The position numbers were made by a program, and so were the translations under genes. DNA of 64,000 bases from NCBI GenBank assembly GCA_965230845.1, contig OZ246021.1, forward strand, positions 57,184 through 121,183, written 5' to 3'. Every line of letters starts with the position of its first letter. Positions within the stretch are counted from its first letter, which is position 1. Source of the DNA: Aquimarina sp. GTDB taxonomy: Bacteria; Bacteroidota; Bacteroidia; Flavobacteriales; Flavobacteriaceae. Positions 9,576 to 19,546 of the stretch are shown piece after piece. Under the pieces are notes generated by a model, which did no database searches, had not been told where the DNA came from, and saw only the letters and a program-made list of their open reading frames with translations.

Positions 9576-10427
9576 TTATATCTTTTTGTTCAAAATTGAG
9601 TTCATCAAAAAGGAGGGCTGTAATTCTTCCAAATCCAATCCGATATTTTCAATCTCTTCTTGGGGTTCTTCGTAAGATTCCATTAATTCTTGTTGGTAAT
9701 GAACTAATTTCCATTCTTGATCATGATATTCTAAAGAAGTTAAATTCTCTATCCAATCTCCAGAATTTAAATATATACACGATCCGTTTTTATCTGTATA
9801 TGTTCTCATTTGTGGTTGATGAATATGTCCACAAACCACAAATTCGTAGTTGTTTTTTACCGCCAATTCTGCAGCAACATCTTCAAAATCACTGATGTAT
9901 TTTACAGCTTTTTTGACGCTGTTTTTGATTTTTTTTGATAAAGAGAATTTTTCCTTTCCGAATTTTACCAAAAACCAGTTGATCAATTGATTTAAAAGAA
10001 TCAACATGTCATATCCCCATCCTCCTAATTTTGCCAACCATTTTGCATTTTGGATAGAAGCATCAAAAATATCACCATGAAAAAACCAGGCTTGTTTTCC
10101 ATCAAGTTCCAGAACCAATTTGTCTACTAGCTTAAAGCTTCCCATCTCGGTATCACTAAATTTCCGGAGCATTTCATCATGATTTCCTGTGATGTAGATC
10201 ACTTCAGTTCCTTTTGAAGCAAACGAAATGATCTTCTTAATCACCTTGAGATGAGGTTTAGGGAAATAACGTTTCCTAAATTGCCAGATATCGATGATAT
10301 CCCCATTTAGAATCAATATTTTGGGTTTGATACTGTTCAAATAATGAAGAAGTTCTTTGGCGTGACAACCATAGGTGCCCAAGTGAACATCGGAAATAAC
10401 AACAAGATCAACAGCACGTTTTTTCAT
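9576..10427 (-). CDS. UDP-2,3-diacylglucosamine diphosphatase-like metallophosphoesterase (LpxH family)
   Basis: SDVHLG, NGDIID, GNHD, HGD and GHIH calcineurin-like motifs. Confidence 0.82.
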   Translation of the reverse strand: MKKRAVDLVVISDVHLGTYGCHAKELLHYLNSIKPKILILNGDIIDIWQFRKRYFPKPHLKVIKKIISFASKGTEVIYITGNHDEMLRKFSDTEMGSFKLVDKLVLELDGKQAWFFHGDIFDASIQNAKWLAKLGGWGYDMLILLNQLINWFLVKFGKEKFSLSKKIKNSVKKAVKYISDFEDVAAELAVKNNYEFVVCGHIHQPQMRTYTDKNGSCIYLNSGDWIENLTSLEYHDQEWKLVHYQQELMESYEEPQEEIENIGLDLEELQPSFLMNSILNKKI

Positions 10428-10676
10428 AAAACAGGACTTATTCCTGCAAATAAAACATTCTTGGGTTAAAGTATAATTAACTAATTATAAGGAGATTGTT
10501 ACCAGTAATTAAAGATTTAAACCTCGTATTACGTAAACATTACGTAAAAATTATTATCAAAAAGTTCTTAACATTCCATGGATACTATTTAATTTTAGAT
10601 AATTCGTCTATATAACTCAAATAATGAACTCTTATCTAGAAAGTAACTCAGCTTTTGATAAAGGGAAAATAGAGAT

Positions 10677-12587
10677 ATGATTACAAAACCGGTGTATATT
10701 GTTTATGGAGTTTCCGGAAGTGGAAAGACAACAATAGGGTCAGCGTTGGCAAAGAAAATGGAAGTTCCATTTTATGATGCTGATGATTTCCATCCTGAAA
10801 GGAATATTCAAAAAATGGCCAAAGGTTTTCCCCTTAATGATGATGATAGAGCTCCGTGGTTACAGGATTTGGCCAATAACATTTCAAAATGGAGTACTGA
10901 TCAAGGTGCGGTTTTGGCTTGCTCTGCTCTCAAGGTGAGTTATCGTAACATATTAGCTTCTGTTGTTCCAGAAGCCGTGAAATGGATTTTTTTGGAAGGG
11001 AGTTATGAGCTGATTTTTGAGCGAATGCAATCCAGAAAAAATCATTTTTTTACTTCAGAAATGCTGCAATCGCAGTTTGATACTTTAGAAGTTTGGAAAG
11101 AGGGAATTTCAGTAGATATTGATCAGGAAATACAAAGAATTGTAAAGGAAATTGAATCAAAACTTAAGATGCAAAAATCAGAAATAGGAGTAATCGGTTT
11201 GGGAGTGATGGGAAAGAGTTTGGCAACAAATATATTATCCAAAGGATTTCGTTTGTCAGTTTTTAATCGTCATCTGGCAGGAAAAGAAGAAGATATTGCC
11301 AAGAACTTTGTAAGTGAGCATTCCAATATTCCACTAGGGTTTGATGATTTGTCATTGTTTGTGGCATCATTGGCGCAACCCAGAACGATTTTAATGATGG
11401 TCAATGCCGGACCGGCGGTTGATGTGGTGATAGAACAGTTGTTGCCTTTATTGGATGAAAGTGACTGTGTAATTGATGGGGGTAACTCTCATTACAAAGA
11501 CACCTTGATTAGAGAAGCAAAACTCAGAAAAAAAGGAATTTTATACGTTGGGGCAGGAATATCTGGAGGAGAAGAGGGGGCGCTTTATGGGCCTTCGATT
11601 ATGCCTGGTGGTTCTAAAAAAGGATATGAGAATTGCGGTCCATTTCTGGAAGCCATTGCCGCCAAAGATGAAAAAGGAAATCCTTGTTGCTCTTATATCA
11701 GTCCTGATGGAGCCGGCCATTTTGTAAAGATGGTGCACAATGGGATCGAATATGCAGAGATGCAATTGTTGGCCGAAATTTATCATTTTCTTCGATTTCA
11801 TTTAGGCAATTCACCTGATGCTATCCATGAAATTTTTACGTCCTGGAGATCCAATAATAAAGACAGCTATCTTTTGGAAATTACAGCAGATATTCTTCAG
11901 AAAAAGGAAGGAGAAGATTTCTTGATAGATAAGATTTTGGACAAGGCAGGGCAAAAGGGTACAGGAGGATGGTCCACACAGGCAGCGTTAACCTATGGTA
12001 TTCCAGTGTCTACAATTTCTGAAGCGGTAATGACCAGGTATTTATCAGCAAAAAAAGAAGAACGTATTGAAGCATCAAAAGTATATTCCAGAACTGCAAG
12101 TATAGTAGAGGCTGACACTGCAATTGTGGAGATGTTGGAGGAGGCCTATTATGCGGCTAGCCTAGTTAATCATGCTATTGGTTTTGACTTGATGAAACAA
12201 GCTGCCAAAGAAAATAAGTGGGAGCTAAACTTCTCAGAAATTGCCAGAATTTGGACCAGAGGATGTATCATAAGAAGCGATCTTATGGAGAATCTCACTT
12301 TATTTTTTAAAGATAACAACAACACCCCACTATTGATGCTTGCAAAAGTTGTAGAAACTCTGGATCAAAGTATAGATGCATTGACAACAGTGGTATCAAA
12401 AGGGATTGGTATGAAATGCCCTTTGCCAGTATTATCGGCTGCAGCTAATTATTTGTTGAATTATACATCGGAAACCATGTCTGCCAATATGTTGCAAGCA
12501 CAGAGAGACTATTTTGGAGCTCATACGTATCAGCGGGTGGATAAAGGAGCTGGAGCATATTTTCATACAGATTGGAAAAATATATAA
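10677..12587 (+). CDS. gnd: Fused gluconokinase (GntK) and NADP-dependent 6-phosphogluconate dehydrogenase
   Basis: Residues 1-164: GVSGSGKTT, DADDFH, PLNDDDRAPWL, MLQSQFDTLE. From residue 165: GVIGLGVMG, GISGGEEGA, VKMVHNGIEY, QRDYFGAHTY. Confidence 0.93.
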   Translation: MITKPVYIVYGVSGSGKTTIGSALAKKMEVPFYDADDFHPERNIQKMAKGFPLNDDDRAPWLQDLANNISKWSTDQGAVLACSALKVSYRNILASVVPEAVKWIFLEGSYELIFERMQSRKNHFFTSEMLQSQFDTLEVWKEGISVDIDQEIQRIVKEIESKLKMQKSEIGVIGLGVMGKSLATNILSKGFRLSVFNRHLAGKEEDIAKNFVSEHSNIPLGFDDLSLFVASLAQPRTILMMVNAGPAVDVVIEQLLPLLDESDCVIDGGNSHYKDTLIREAKLRKKGILYVGAGISGGEEGALYGPSIMPGGSKKGYENCGPFLEAIAAKDEKGNPCCSYISPDGAGHFVKMVHNGIEYAEMQLLAEIYHFLRFHLGNSPDAIHEIFTSWRSNNKDSYLLEITADILQKKEGEDFLIDKILDKAGQKGTGGWSTQAALTYGIPVSTISEAVMTRYLSAKKEERIEASKVYSRTASIVEADTAIVEMLEEAYYAASLVNHAIGFDLMKQAAKENKWELNFSEIARIWTRGCIIRSDLMENLTLFFKDNNNTPLLMLAKVVETLDQSIDALTTVVSKGIGMKCPLPVLSAAANYLLNYTSETMSANMLQAQRDYFGAHTYQRVDKGAGAYFHTDWKNI

Positions 12588-12590
12588 CAC

Positions 12591-13934
12591 ATGGATTACA
12601 ATTTATTGATTGCAGTAGGCATAGGCGTTTTTGCATTACTTTTTATGATATTGAAATTAAGAATGCAGGCCTTTATTGCATTGTTGATTGTATGCATAAT
12701 AGTAGGAATTGGTGCAGGGTTGTCCCCAGATGTGATTTTTGAGAGTATCAAAAATGGGATGGGAAATACGTTAGGGTTTGTGGCAACTGTAGTAGGTTTG
12801 GGAGCACTTTTTGGTGGCTTGCTAGAAAACTCAGGAGGTGCACGAGGATTGGCTACCTATATCCTGAAATTGTTTGGAGATAAAAATGCTTCCTGGGCTT
12901 TGATGATTACGGGTTTTATTGTGGCCATTCCCGTTTTTTTTGATGTTGCATTCATTATTCTGATCCCTCTAGTATACGCTATAGCAAAAAAGACCGGGAA
13001 ATCCTTGTTGCTGTACGCTATTCCTTTGTTAGCAGGATTAGCGATTACCCATAGTTTTATACCTCCAACACCTGGCCCAATTGCAGTGGCAGATATATTA
13101 GGGGCAAATTTGGGATGGGTAATTGTATTTGGTTTTATCGTTGGTATCCCAGCAGCGATAATTGGAGGGCCTCTCTTTGCAAGTTATATTTCGAAACGAA
13201 TAGAAGTAGTGCCCCCAGAGATGAATTTGGTAGCCGATGAGGAGGTTGCATCTCCTAACCCTTTTATAATAATTGGCATTATTGTATTACCTATTCTTTT
13301 GATAGTCATAAAAACTTTGTTGTTGGGAGACTGGTTTGATCACGAGTCTTTACCCAAACAAGTAATTTATATTGTGTCTTTGTTAGGGCATCCTTTTTCT
13401 GCCTTATTAATAGCTAACTTATTAGCATGGTATGTACTGGGAGTTCGGAGAGGTGTAGGTAAGGATGCACTCTTAAAACTTTCTATGGAATCTTTTAAAC
13501 CTGCTGGAGCGATTATACTATTAACTGGAGCAGGAGGAGCATTCAAACAAATTTTGGTGGATACCAAGGTGGGAGAGTTATTGGCGTCTACCTTACAAAA
13601 TGCAGCGATACATCCTTTGTTGTTTGCATTTATCATTGCTTCATTAATCAGAGTATTACAAGGATCAGCAACCACGGCTATGATTGCCAGTGCTGGAATT
13701 ATGTCACCTGTAATTGCTTCGGGTGATTTCAGTCCGGCTCAGATTGCACTTACAGTAATTGCTGTAGCTTCTGGGTCTACAATTTTGTCGCATGTGAATG
13801 ATAGTGGGTTTTGGTTAGTAGGACAGTATTTGGGACTCACAGAAAAACAAACTTTCCGTTCCTGGACAGTAATGACCACTTTGATTGCTTTAACAGGACT
13901 GTTTACTGCTATGATTTGTTGGTATTTGTTCTAA
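12591..13934 (+). CDS. GntP family gluconate:H+ symporter
   Basis: Multi-TM protein with HSFIPPTPGP and SHVNDSGFW motifs; starts 3 nt after the gnd stop. Confidence 0.9.
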   Translation: MDYNLLIAVGIGVFALLFMILKLRMQAFIALLIVCIIVGIGAGLSPDVIFESIKNGMGNTLGFVATVVGLGALFGGLLENSGGARGLATYILKLFGDKNASWALMITGFIVAIPVFFDVAFIILIPLVYAIAKKTGKSLLLYAIPLLAGLAITHSFIPPTPGPIAVADILGANLGWVIVFGFIVGIPAAIIGGPLFASYISKRIEVVPPEMNLVADEEVASPNPFIIIGIIVLPILLIVIKTLLLGDWFDHESLPKQVIYIVSLLGHPFSALLIANLLAWYVLGVRRGVGKDALLKLSMESFKPAGAIILLTGAGGAFKQILVDTKVGELLASTLQNAAIHPLLFAFIIASLIRVLQGSATTAMIASAGIMSPVIASGDFSPAQIALTVIAVASGSTILSHVNDSGFWLVGQYLGLTEKQTFRSWTVMTTLIALTGLFTAMICWYLF

Positions 13935-14090
13935 AAACTAGTGTAGGTATCGGCATACTAATTCCTTTTGAGAATCATCTAATGTCAGATTTTCAAAAAA
14001 AATAAAGCTAAATTGAAATTGATTTAATTTAGAATAGACATTACCCATTTTTTCTGTCATATTACTAGCGTGTTTTTAGAGATTAACAAT

Positions 14091-14098
14091 TACATTTG
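14091..14098 (+). promoter_or_regulatory. -7 promoter box (TACATTTG) for aroC
   Basis: Exact TAnnTTTG match 18 nt before the ATG. Confidence 0.6.
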
Positions 14099-14115
14099 TT
14101 GAAAATAAGAAATGC

Positions 14116-15180
14116 ATGGCAGGAAATACATTTGGAAACCTTTTTAAGCTCACCACTTTCGGTGAATCTCATGGGGTTGCAATTGGAGGTATTATTGATG
14201 GTTGTCCATCAGGTGTTACATTAGATTTAGAAGCAATTCAGCAAGAATTAGACAGAAGAAAACCGGGACAATCTGCAATCGTAACACAGCGGAAAGAACC
14301 GGATACGGTGGAGTTCTATTCTGGTATTTTTGAAGGGGTTACTACAGGGACTCCTATCGGCTTCGTGATTAAAAATGCAAATCAAAAGTCTAAAGATTAC
14401 TCTCATATCAAAGATTCTTATCGCCCTTCGCATGCAGATTATACCTATGACCAAAAGTATGGGATTCGTGATTACAGAGGAGGAGGAAGGTCTTCAGCAA
14501 GAGAAACCGCTAGCAGAGTAGTGGCTGGAGCTATTGCAAAGCAAATCTTATCGGATGTATCTATTAATGCATATGTAAGTGGTGTAGGTACTTTAAAATT
14601 GCAAAAAAGTCATACTGAATTAGATTTATCACAAACAGAAAGCAATATTGTTCGCTGTCCCGATCCAGAAATGGCTAGTGAAATGGAACAATATATCAAG
14701 CAGATACGAAAAGAAGGAGATACCGTTGGTGGGATTGTAAGTTGTGCGATCTCTGGAGTTCCTGTTGGATTGGGAGAACCTGTTTTTGATAAGTTACATG
14801 CAGAATTGGGTAAAGCTATGCTTTCCATCAATGCTGTAAAAGGTTTTGAGTATGGTAGTGGATTTGATGGAGCTGCCTTAAAAGGAAGTGAGCATAATGA
14901 TTTGTTCAATACAGATGGTAGCACAAAAACTAATCTCTCTGGTGGTATTCAAGGTGGAATTTCTAATGGGATGGATATCTATTTCAATGTGGCATTTAAA
15001 CCTGTAGCTACCATTATGCAAGATCAAGAAACTATTGATAAAGATGGAAATACAGTAACCATGCAAGGTAAAGGAAGACATGATCCGTGTGTAGTGCCTA
15101 GAGCCGTGCCCATTGTAGAAGCTATGGCCGCTTTGGTATTGGTAGATTATTGGTTAATGAATCGCACAATAAAAAAGTAA
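14116..15180 (+). CDS. aroC: Chorismate synthase
   Basis: [22 protein letters not shown] and GRHDPCV motifs. Confidence 0.98.
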   Translation: MAGNTFGNLFKLTTFGESHGVAIGGIIDGCPSGVTLDLEAIQQELDRRKPGQSAIVTQRKEPDTVEFYSGIFEGVTTGTPIGFVIKNANQKSKDYSHIKDSYRPSHADYTYDQKYGIRDYRGGGRSSARETASRVVAGAIAKQILSDVSINAYVSGVGTLKLQKSHTELDLSQTESNIVRCPDPEMASEMEQYIKQIRKEGDTVGGIVSCAISGVPVGLGEPVFDKLHAELGKAMLSINAVKGFEYGSGFDGAALKGSEHNDLFNTDGSTKTNLSGGIQGGISNGMDIYFNVAFKPVATIMQDQETIDKDGNTVTMQGKGRHDPCVVPRAVPIVEAMAALVLVDYWLMNRTIKK

Positions 15181-15205
15181 ATACAAAATAACAGTATTAT
15201 TAATT

Positions 15206-15236
15206 ACGGTAATCTCAATAGGGTTACCGTTTTTTT
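15206..15236 (+). terminator. Intrinsic terminator after aroC
   Basis: ACGGTAATCT/GGGTTACCGT stem followed by a T-run. Confidence 0.8.
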
Positions 15237-15280
15237 GTATTTAATTCATATATTCGACCCACTTTATACAAATTACTTTT

Positions 15281-16606
15281 ATGAAAAAGCTAGCACTGCA
15301 CTGGAAAATTATGATTGGAATGCTATTAGGGATAGTATTCGGATTTATAATGACAACTGTTTCTTGGGGTAAAGGATTTACAGGAGATTGGATAGCTCCC
15401 TTGGGAACTATCTTTGTGAACCTTTTAAAATTGATTGCAGTGCCTTTAATTTTAGCATCATTAATCAAAGGGATTTCTGATCTGAAAGATATTTCAAAAT
15501 TCAAGGCGATAGGTGGAAGAACCATCGTGATTTATATTCTAACAACCGTGGTGGCTATTACAATCGGATTGTTGATCGTAAATGTGGCAAAACCCGGGGA
15601 TGGAATTACTGAAGCTACTATCGAAAAGTTAACCAATGAGTATGCAGGAAATTCAAAGATTTCTGAACGTATTGCTGAAGCTGGTAGACAGAAGGAAAGT
15701 GGTCCGTTGCAATTTATAGTGGATATGGTACCACAAAATGCGGTGGCTGCGATGAGTAATAACAAGTTAATGCTTCAGGTGATATTTTTCGCTATTTTCT
15801 TAGGGATAAGTATGTTGTTGGTAAAACCGTCAGAATCCGAGCCACTAAAGAAGTTTTTTGATAGTTTGAATGAAGTTGTGCTAAAAATGGTCGACTTGAT
15901 CATGCTTACAGCACCATACGCAGTGTTTGCTTTGTTAGCCAATGTGGTAGTTACCTCTGATGATCCGGATATCTTATTAGCGTTATTGAAGTATGCAGGA
16001 GTAGTATTATTTGGATTATCCTTAATGATTATTTTTTACTGTATTTTGGTTGCTGTTATTACCAAAAAATCTCCTTTTTGGTTTTTAAAACAAATAAGTC
16101 CAGCACAATTACTAGCGTTCTCTACTAGTTCTAGTGCTGCTACGCTTCCTGTTACCATGGAGCGAGTAGAAGAACATATCGGAGTGGATAAGGAAGTTTC
16201 CAGTTTTGTATTGCCAGTAGGAGCAACTATTAATATGGATGGTACTAGTTTATATCAAGCCGTAGCCTCTGTTTTTATTATGCAGGTGTTGTGGCCAGAA
16301 GGGTTAACATTCAGTAATCAAATTACTATTGTACTTACTGCTTTACTAGCTTCTATAGGATCAGCTGCAGTACCTGGTGCAGGTATGGTGATGTTGGTGA
16401 TTGTTTTGGAGGCTATTGGATTTCCTTCAGATAAACTGCCGATTGGATTGGCATTAATCTTTGCGGTAGATCGACCGTTAGATATGCTTCGTACAACTAT
16501 CAATGTAACTGGAGATGCTACCGTATCTATGATTGTAGCCAAGTCTGTTGGTAAACTTGGAGATCCGCATGTTAAAGATTGGGATGATAATTATCCTGGA
16601 GAATAA
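15281..16606 (+). CDS. Dicarboxylate/amino acid:cation symporter (GltP/DAACS family)
   Basis: FSTSSSAATLP and GATINMDGT signature motifs. Confidence 0.93.
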   Translation: MKKLALHWKIMIGMLLGIVFGFIMTTVSWGKGFTGDWIAPLGTIFVNLLKLIAVPLILASLIKGISDLKDISKFKAIGGRTIVIYILTTVVAITIGLLIVNVAKPGDGITEATIEKLTNEYAGNSKISERIAEAGRQKESGPLQFIVDMVPQNAVAAMSNNKLMLQVIFFAIFLGISMLLVKPSESEPLKKFFDSLNEVVLKMVDLIMLTAPYAVFALLANVVVTSDDPDILLALLKYAGVVLFGLSLMIIFYCILVAVITKKSPFWFLKQISPAQLLAFSTSSSAATLPVTMERVEEHIGVDKEVSSFVLPVGATINMDGTSLYQAVASVFIMQVLWPEGLTFSNQITIVLTALLASIGSAAVPGAGMVMLVIVLEAIGFPSDKLPIGLALIFAVDRPLDMLRTTINVTGDATVSMIVAKSVGKLGDPHVKDWDDNYPGE

Positions 16607-16616
16607 AGGAAAGCTA

Positions 16617-17498
16617 TTAATCTACGGACCAATTTTTTAAAAGCTCAAACAAGGTAGGATATTCTGATTCTCTTTCAGGATTCCATATCATGGTCAATTT
16701 GGCTTTTTGTGTAATGTTATCCAATTCAATACTTTTTATTGGGAAATTGTGGTCATGCAGTGAGGATATAGGTTCTAAAGATATTCCTAACCCAGCTTCA
16801 ACTAATCTAAAACTGGAACTAGCAGAATCTGTTTCATGAACTACCTTAGGATTGAAACCTGCATCTATACATATGGATTCTAGAATATGTACATAGTTGG
16901 GGCCATCGGCAACTGATGGGAAAATAAACTGATCAGTAGAGAACACAGAGAAATTAGTATAGTTGGATATCGTTACTGGATGATCTTCTGGCAAGAGCAC
17001 GGCAAAATTATCAATGTGTAATACTTTACTGGTTAGATTAAAAGGGATCAAGGGATTGGTGGCAAATCCTATATCCAATTCATTTTGTTGTAATGCTAGG
17101 TACTGATCCCGGTTATTCATTTCTCGTAAAACGGTTTTTATTCCAGGGATTTGAGCATTCATGGTTTTCAATATGTTAGGTAAGATGGTTTGCATAATAG
17201 AGTGTGTAAAACCAATTCTAATCTCTCCCACATCTCCATGATGAATGTATGCAGCCTGTTTAGCCATCCTATCTGCATTGGCAACGAGCTTTTTTGATTC
17301 TTTTACAAAGTATTCTCCTGCCGGAGTAAGCGCTACATTACGTTTATCTCTTTTAAATAATATAGCTCCAACTTCATCTTCTAATTGCTTGATCTGTCTA
17401 CTTAGAGCAGGTTGAACAATATTGAGCTCTTCTGCAGCTCGGGTAAAGTTTAGTTTTTCTGCCAATACGATAATATTTCGCAAAGTTTGAATGTTCAT
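16617..17498 (-). CDS. LysR family transcriptional regulator
   Basis: LNFTRAAEELNIVQPALSRQIKQLE HTH. Confidence 0.95.
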   Translation of the reverse strand: MNIQTLRNIIVLAEKLNFTRAAEELNIVQPALSRQIKQLEDEVGAILFKRDKRNVALTPAGEYFVKESKKLVANADRMAKQAAYIHHGDVGEIRIGFTHSIMQTILPNILKTMNAQIPGIKTVLREMNNRDQYLALQQNELDIGFATNPLIPFNLTSKVLHIDNFAVLLPEDHPVTISNYTNFSVFSTDQFIFPSVADGPNYVHILESICIDAGFNPKVVHETDSASSSFRLVEAGLGISLEPISSLHDHNFPIKSIELDNITQKAKLTMIWNPERESEYPTLFELLKNWSVD

Positions 17499-17585
17499 TA
17501 ATGCTTTTTTGTTATTATTCTATCAAAATTAAGTATTTTTTATTATAAATAATGATGATTAATTTTGAAAACGAATAGATGTCTA

Positions 17586-19058
17586 ATGGGAAAGATTTTT
17601 GCTATGAAAAAAAATGTTTTGGAGAATGTGTATGACCCATCAGTTTTTAGAACAATAGGGCATGAGCTTATTGATTTGCTTGCAGATCATTTGGAAAAAG
17701 TACAAAGTGACAGAGAACATCCGGTACTACCGTATAAAGATCCAGAAGTGGTTCTAGATTATTGGAAAAAAGATTTCTCTTCGGATACTGGAGTTATGGA
17801 TATGTTTGGGAATATTTTGTCTCAATCGATCAATGTACATCACCCAAGATATATCGGTCATCAGGTGGCAGTACCTGCATTTATTTCGAGTTTATCAGGA
17901 TTAATATCTGATGTGATGAGCAATGGCACAGGGGTTTACGAGATGGGAATGGCTGCTAATGCCATAGAACGAATTGTAACCGATTTGGTAGCTCAGCGAA
18001 TAGGATACGATCAAAATGCCTCGGGATTGCTTACTTCGGGAGGAAGTTTAGCTAATCTTACCGCTTTGCTAGCAGCTAGAAAAGCAAAAGCACCTTCTTC
18101 AGTATGGGAAAAAGGACATCAGGAAAAGTTAGCGATACTAGTATCAGAAGAGGCACACTACTGTATAGATCGAGCAGCAAGGATTTTAGGGTTAGGAGAA
18201 GAAGGCATCGTCAAGGTACCAGTAAACCGTGATTATAGTATCGATACTTCAAAAGTGTTCGATTGTTTGGAAGAAACTCAATCAAAAGGATTACACGTTA
18301 TTGCTATTATCGGTTGTGCATGTTCTACAGCAACAGGATCTTATGATGATCTGGAATTTTTAGGAGATTTTGCGAGTACACATAACCTATGGTTTCATGT
18401 AGATGGAGCCCATGGTGCCGGAGTTATTTTTTCAGAAAAATATAAACATTTGGTAAAAGGAATTGCAAAAGCGGATTCTGTAGTTTTGGATTTTCATAAG
18501 ATGTTGATGACACCTGCATTAAATACTGCTCTGGTATTTAAAAATTCAAGAGACTCGTATCGTACCTTTGAACAAAAAGCACAATATTTATGGGATTCTC
18601 AGCATTCTCAAGAATGGTATAATTCTGGGAAGCGAACTTTTGAGTGTACCAAATTAATGATGTCTATAAAAGTTTATGCGATTTTGAAAGCATACGGAGA
18701 AGAAGCTTTTAGTCAGAATGTAAATACCCTGTATGATCTGGCAGAGACATTTTCTGAAATGATAGATAAACAAGAAAGTTTTGAACTTGCTCATCATCCA
18801 CAAGCAAATATTGTGAATTTTAGATATGCTCCCGAACAGGTCGATATTGATTTAAATACATTGAATAATAACATACGACAAGCTCTTATTCAATCGGGTA
18901 AATTTTATGTTGTACAGACTACCATAAATGGAGAAAAATATTTACGTACAACGATGATGAATCCATTAACAACCAAGGATGATTTGATAGCATTGATAGA
19001 AGAGGTACATCATCTCGGAACCGCATTTGTAAAAGAAAAAGTATCTAATTCACTCTAA
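17586..19058 (+). CDS. Group II PLP-dependent decarboxylase (DAB/aromatic amino acid decarboxylase-like)
   Basis: SGGSLANL, HYCIDRAA, HVDGAHG and DFHK (PLP lysine). A TAATTTTG promoter box at 17560-17567 argues against the TTG start at 17565; the true start is 17586 or 17604. Confidence 0.87.
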   Translation: MGKIFAMKKNVLENVYDPSVFRTIGHELIDLLADHLEKVQSDREHPVLPYKDPEVVLDYWKKDFSSDTGVMDMFGNILSQSINVHHPRYIGHQVAVPAFISSLSGLISDVMSNGTGVYEMGMAANAIERIVTDLVAQRIGYDQNASGLLTSGGSLANLTALLAARKAKAPSSVWEKGHQEKLAILVSEEAHYCIDRAARILGLGEEGIVKVPVNRDYSIDTSKVFDCLEETQSKGLHVIAIIGCACSTATGSYDDLEFLGDFASTHNLWFHVDGAHGAGVIFSEKYKHLVKGIAKADSVVLDFHKMLMTPALNTALVFKNSRDSYRTFEQKAQYLWDSQHSQEWYNSGKRTFECTKLMMSIKVYAILKAYGEEAFSQNVNTLYDLAETFSEMIDKQESFELAHHPQANIVNFRYAPEQVDIDLNTLNNNIRQALIQSGKFYVVQTTINGEKYLRTTMMNPLTTKDDLIALIEEVHHLGTAFVKEKVSNSL

Positions 19059-19141
19059 TTTTTAACATTTAATAACGCAACGAACACTAAAAGGTCTTCA
19101 TCTACAGTTATATAGAAAGAATTAACCAAAACTTATTACAA

Positions 19142-19546
19142 ATGAAAAGGGCACTCTATATAACGATATTAGCCATTGTATTAGGATGCAGTGGGGATGA
19201 TGATACTAATGTTATAATCCCACTAACAGGCATAGATGGAGTCTGGAATTTGATAAATGTTACAGGTGGTTTTGTGGGTACAGATCATGATTTCGAAAGT
19301 GGGTTAATTACTTGGGATTTTGAAGAAAGTAGCCAAACCGTCACTATTACCAATAACAATACTGATGATACCCTTGAGGATTCTTTCCCTTCAGGGACCT
19401 ATACGTATACGATTATTACTGCTCAAGGAGGTAATCAAGAAATACTGGTTGATGGACGTAACATAGGTAATTTTGAACTCACCAGCAATCAATTTACCAT
19501 CGATGAGACTTTTAGAGACGGTTTTCGTTTTACATTTCGACGTTAA
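19142..19546 (+). CDS. Surface lipoprotein, possibly lipocalin-like
   Basis: Lipobox VLGC followed by SGDDD; G-x-W-x-L (DGVWNL) motif. Confidence 0.7.
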   Translation: MKRALYITILAIVLGCSGDDDTNVIIPLTGIDGVWNLINVTGGFVGTDHDFESGLITWDFEESSQTVTITNNNTDDTLEDSFPSGTYTYTIITAQGGNQEILVDGRNIGNFELTSNQFTIDETFRDGFRFTFRR

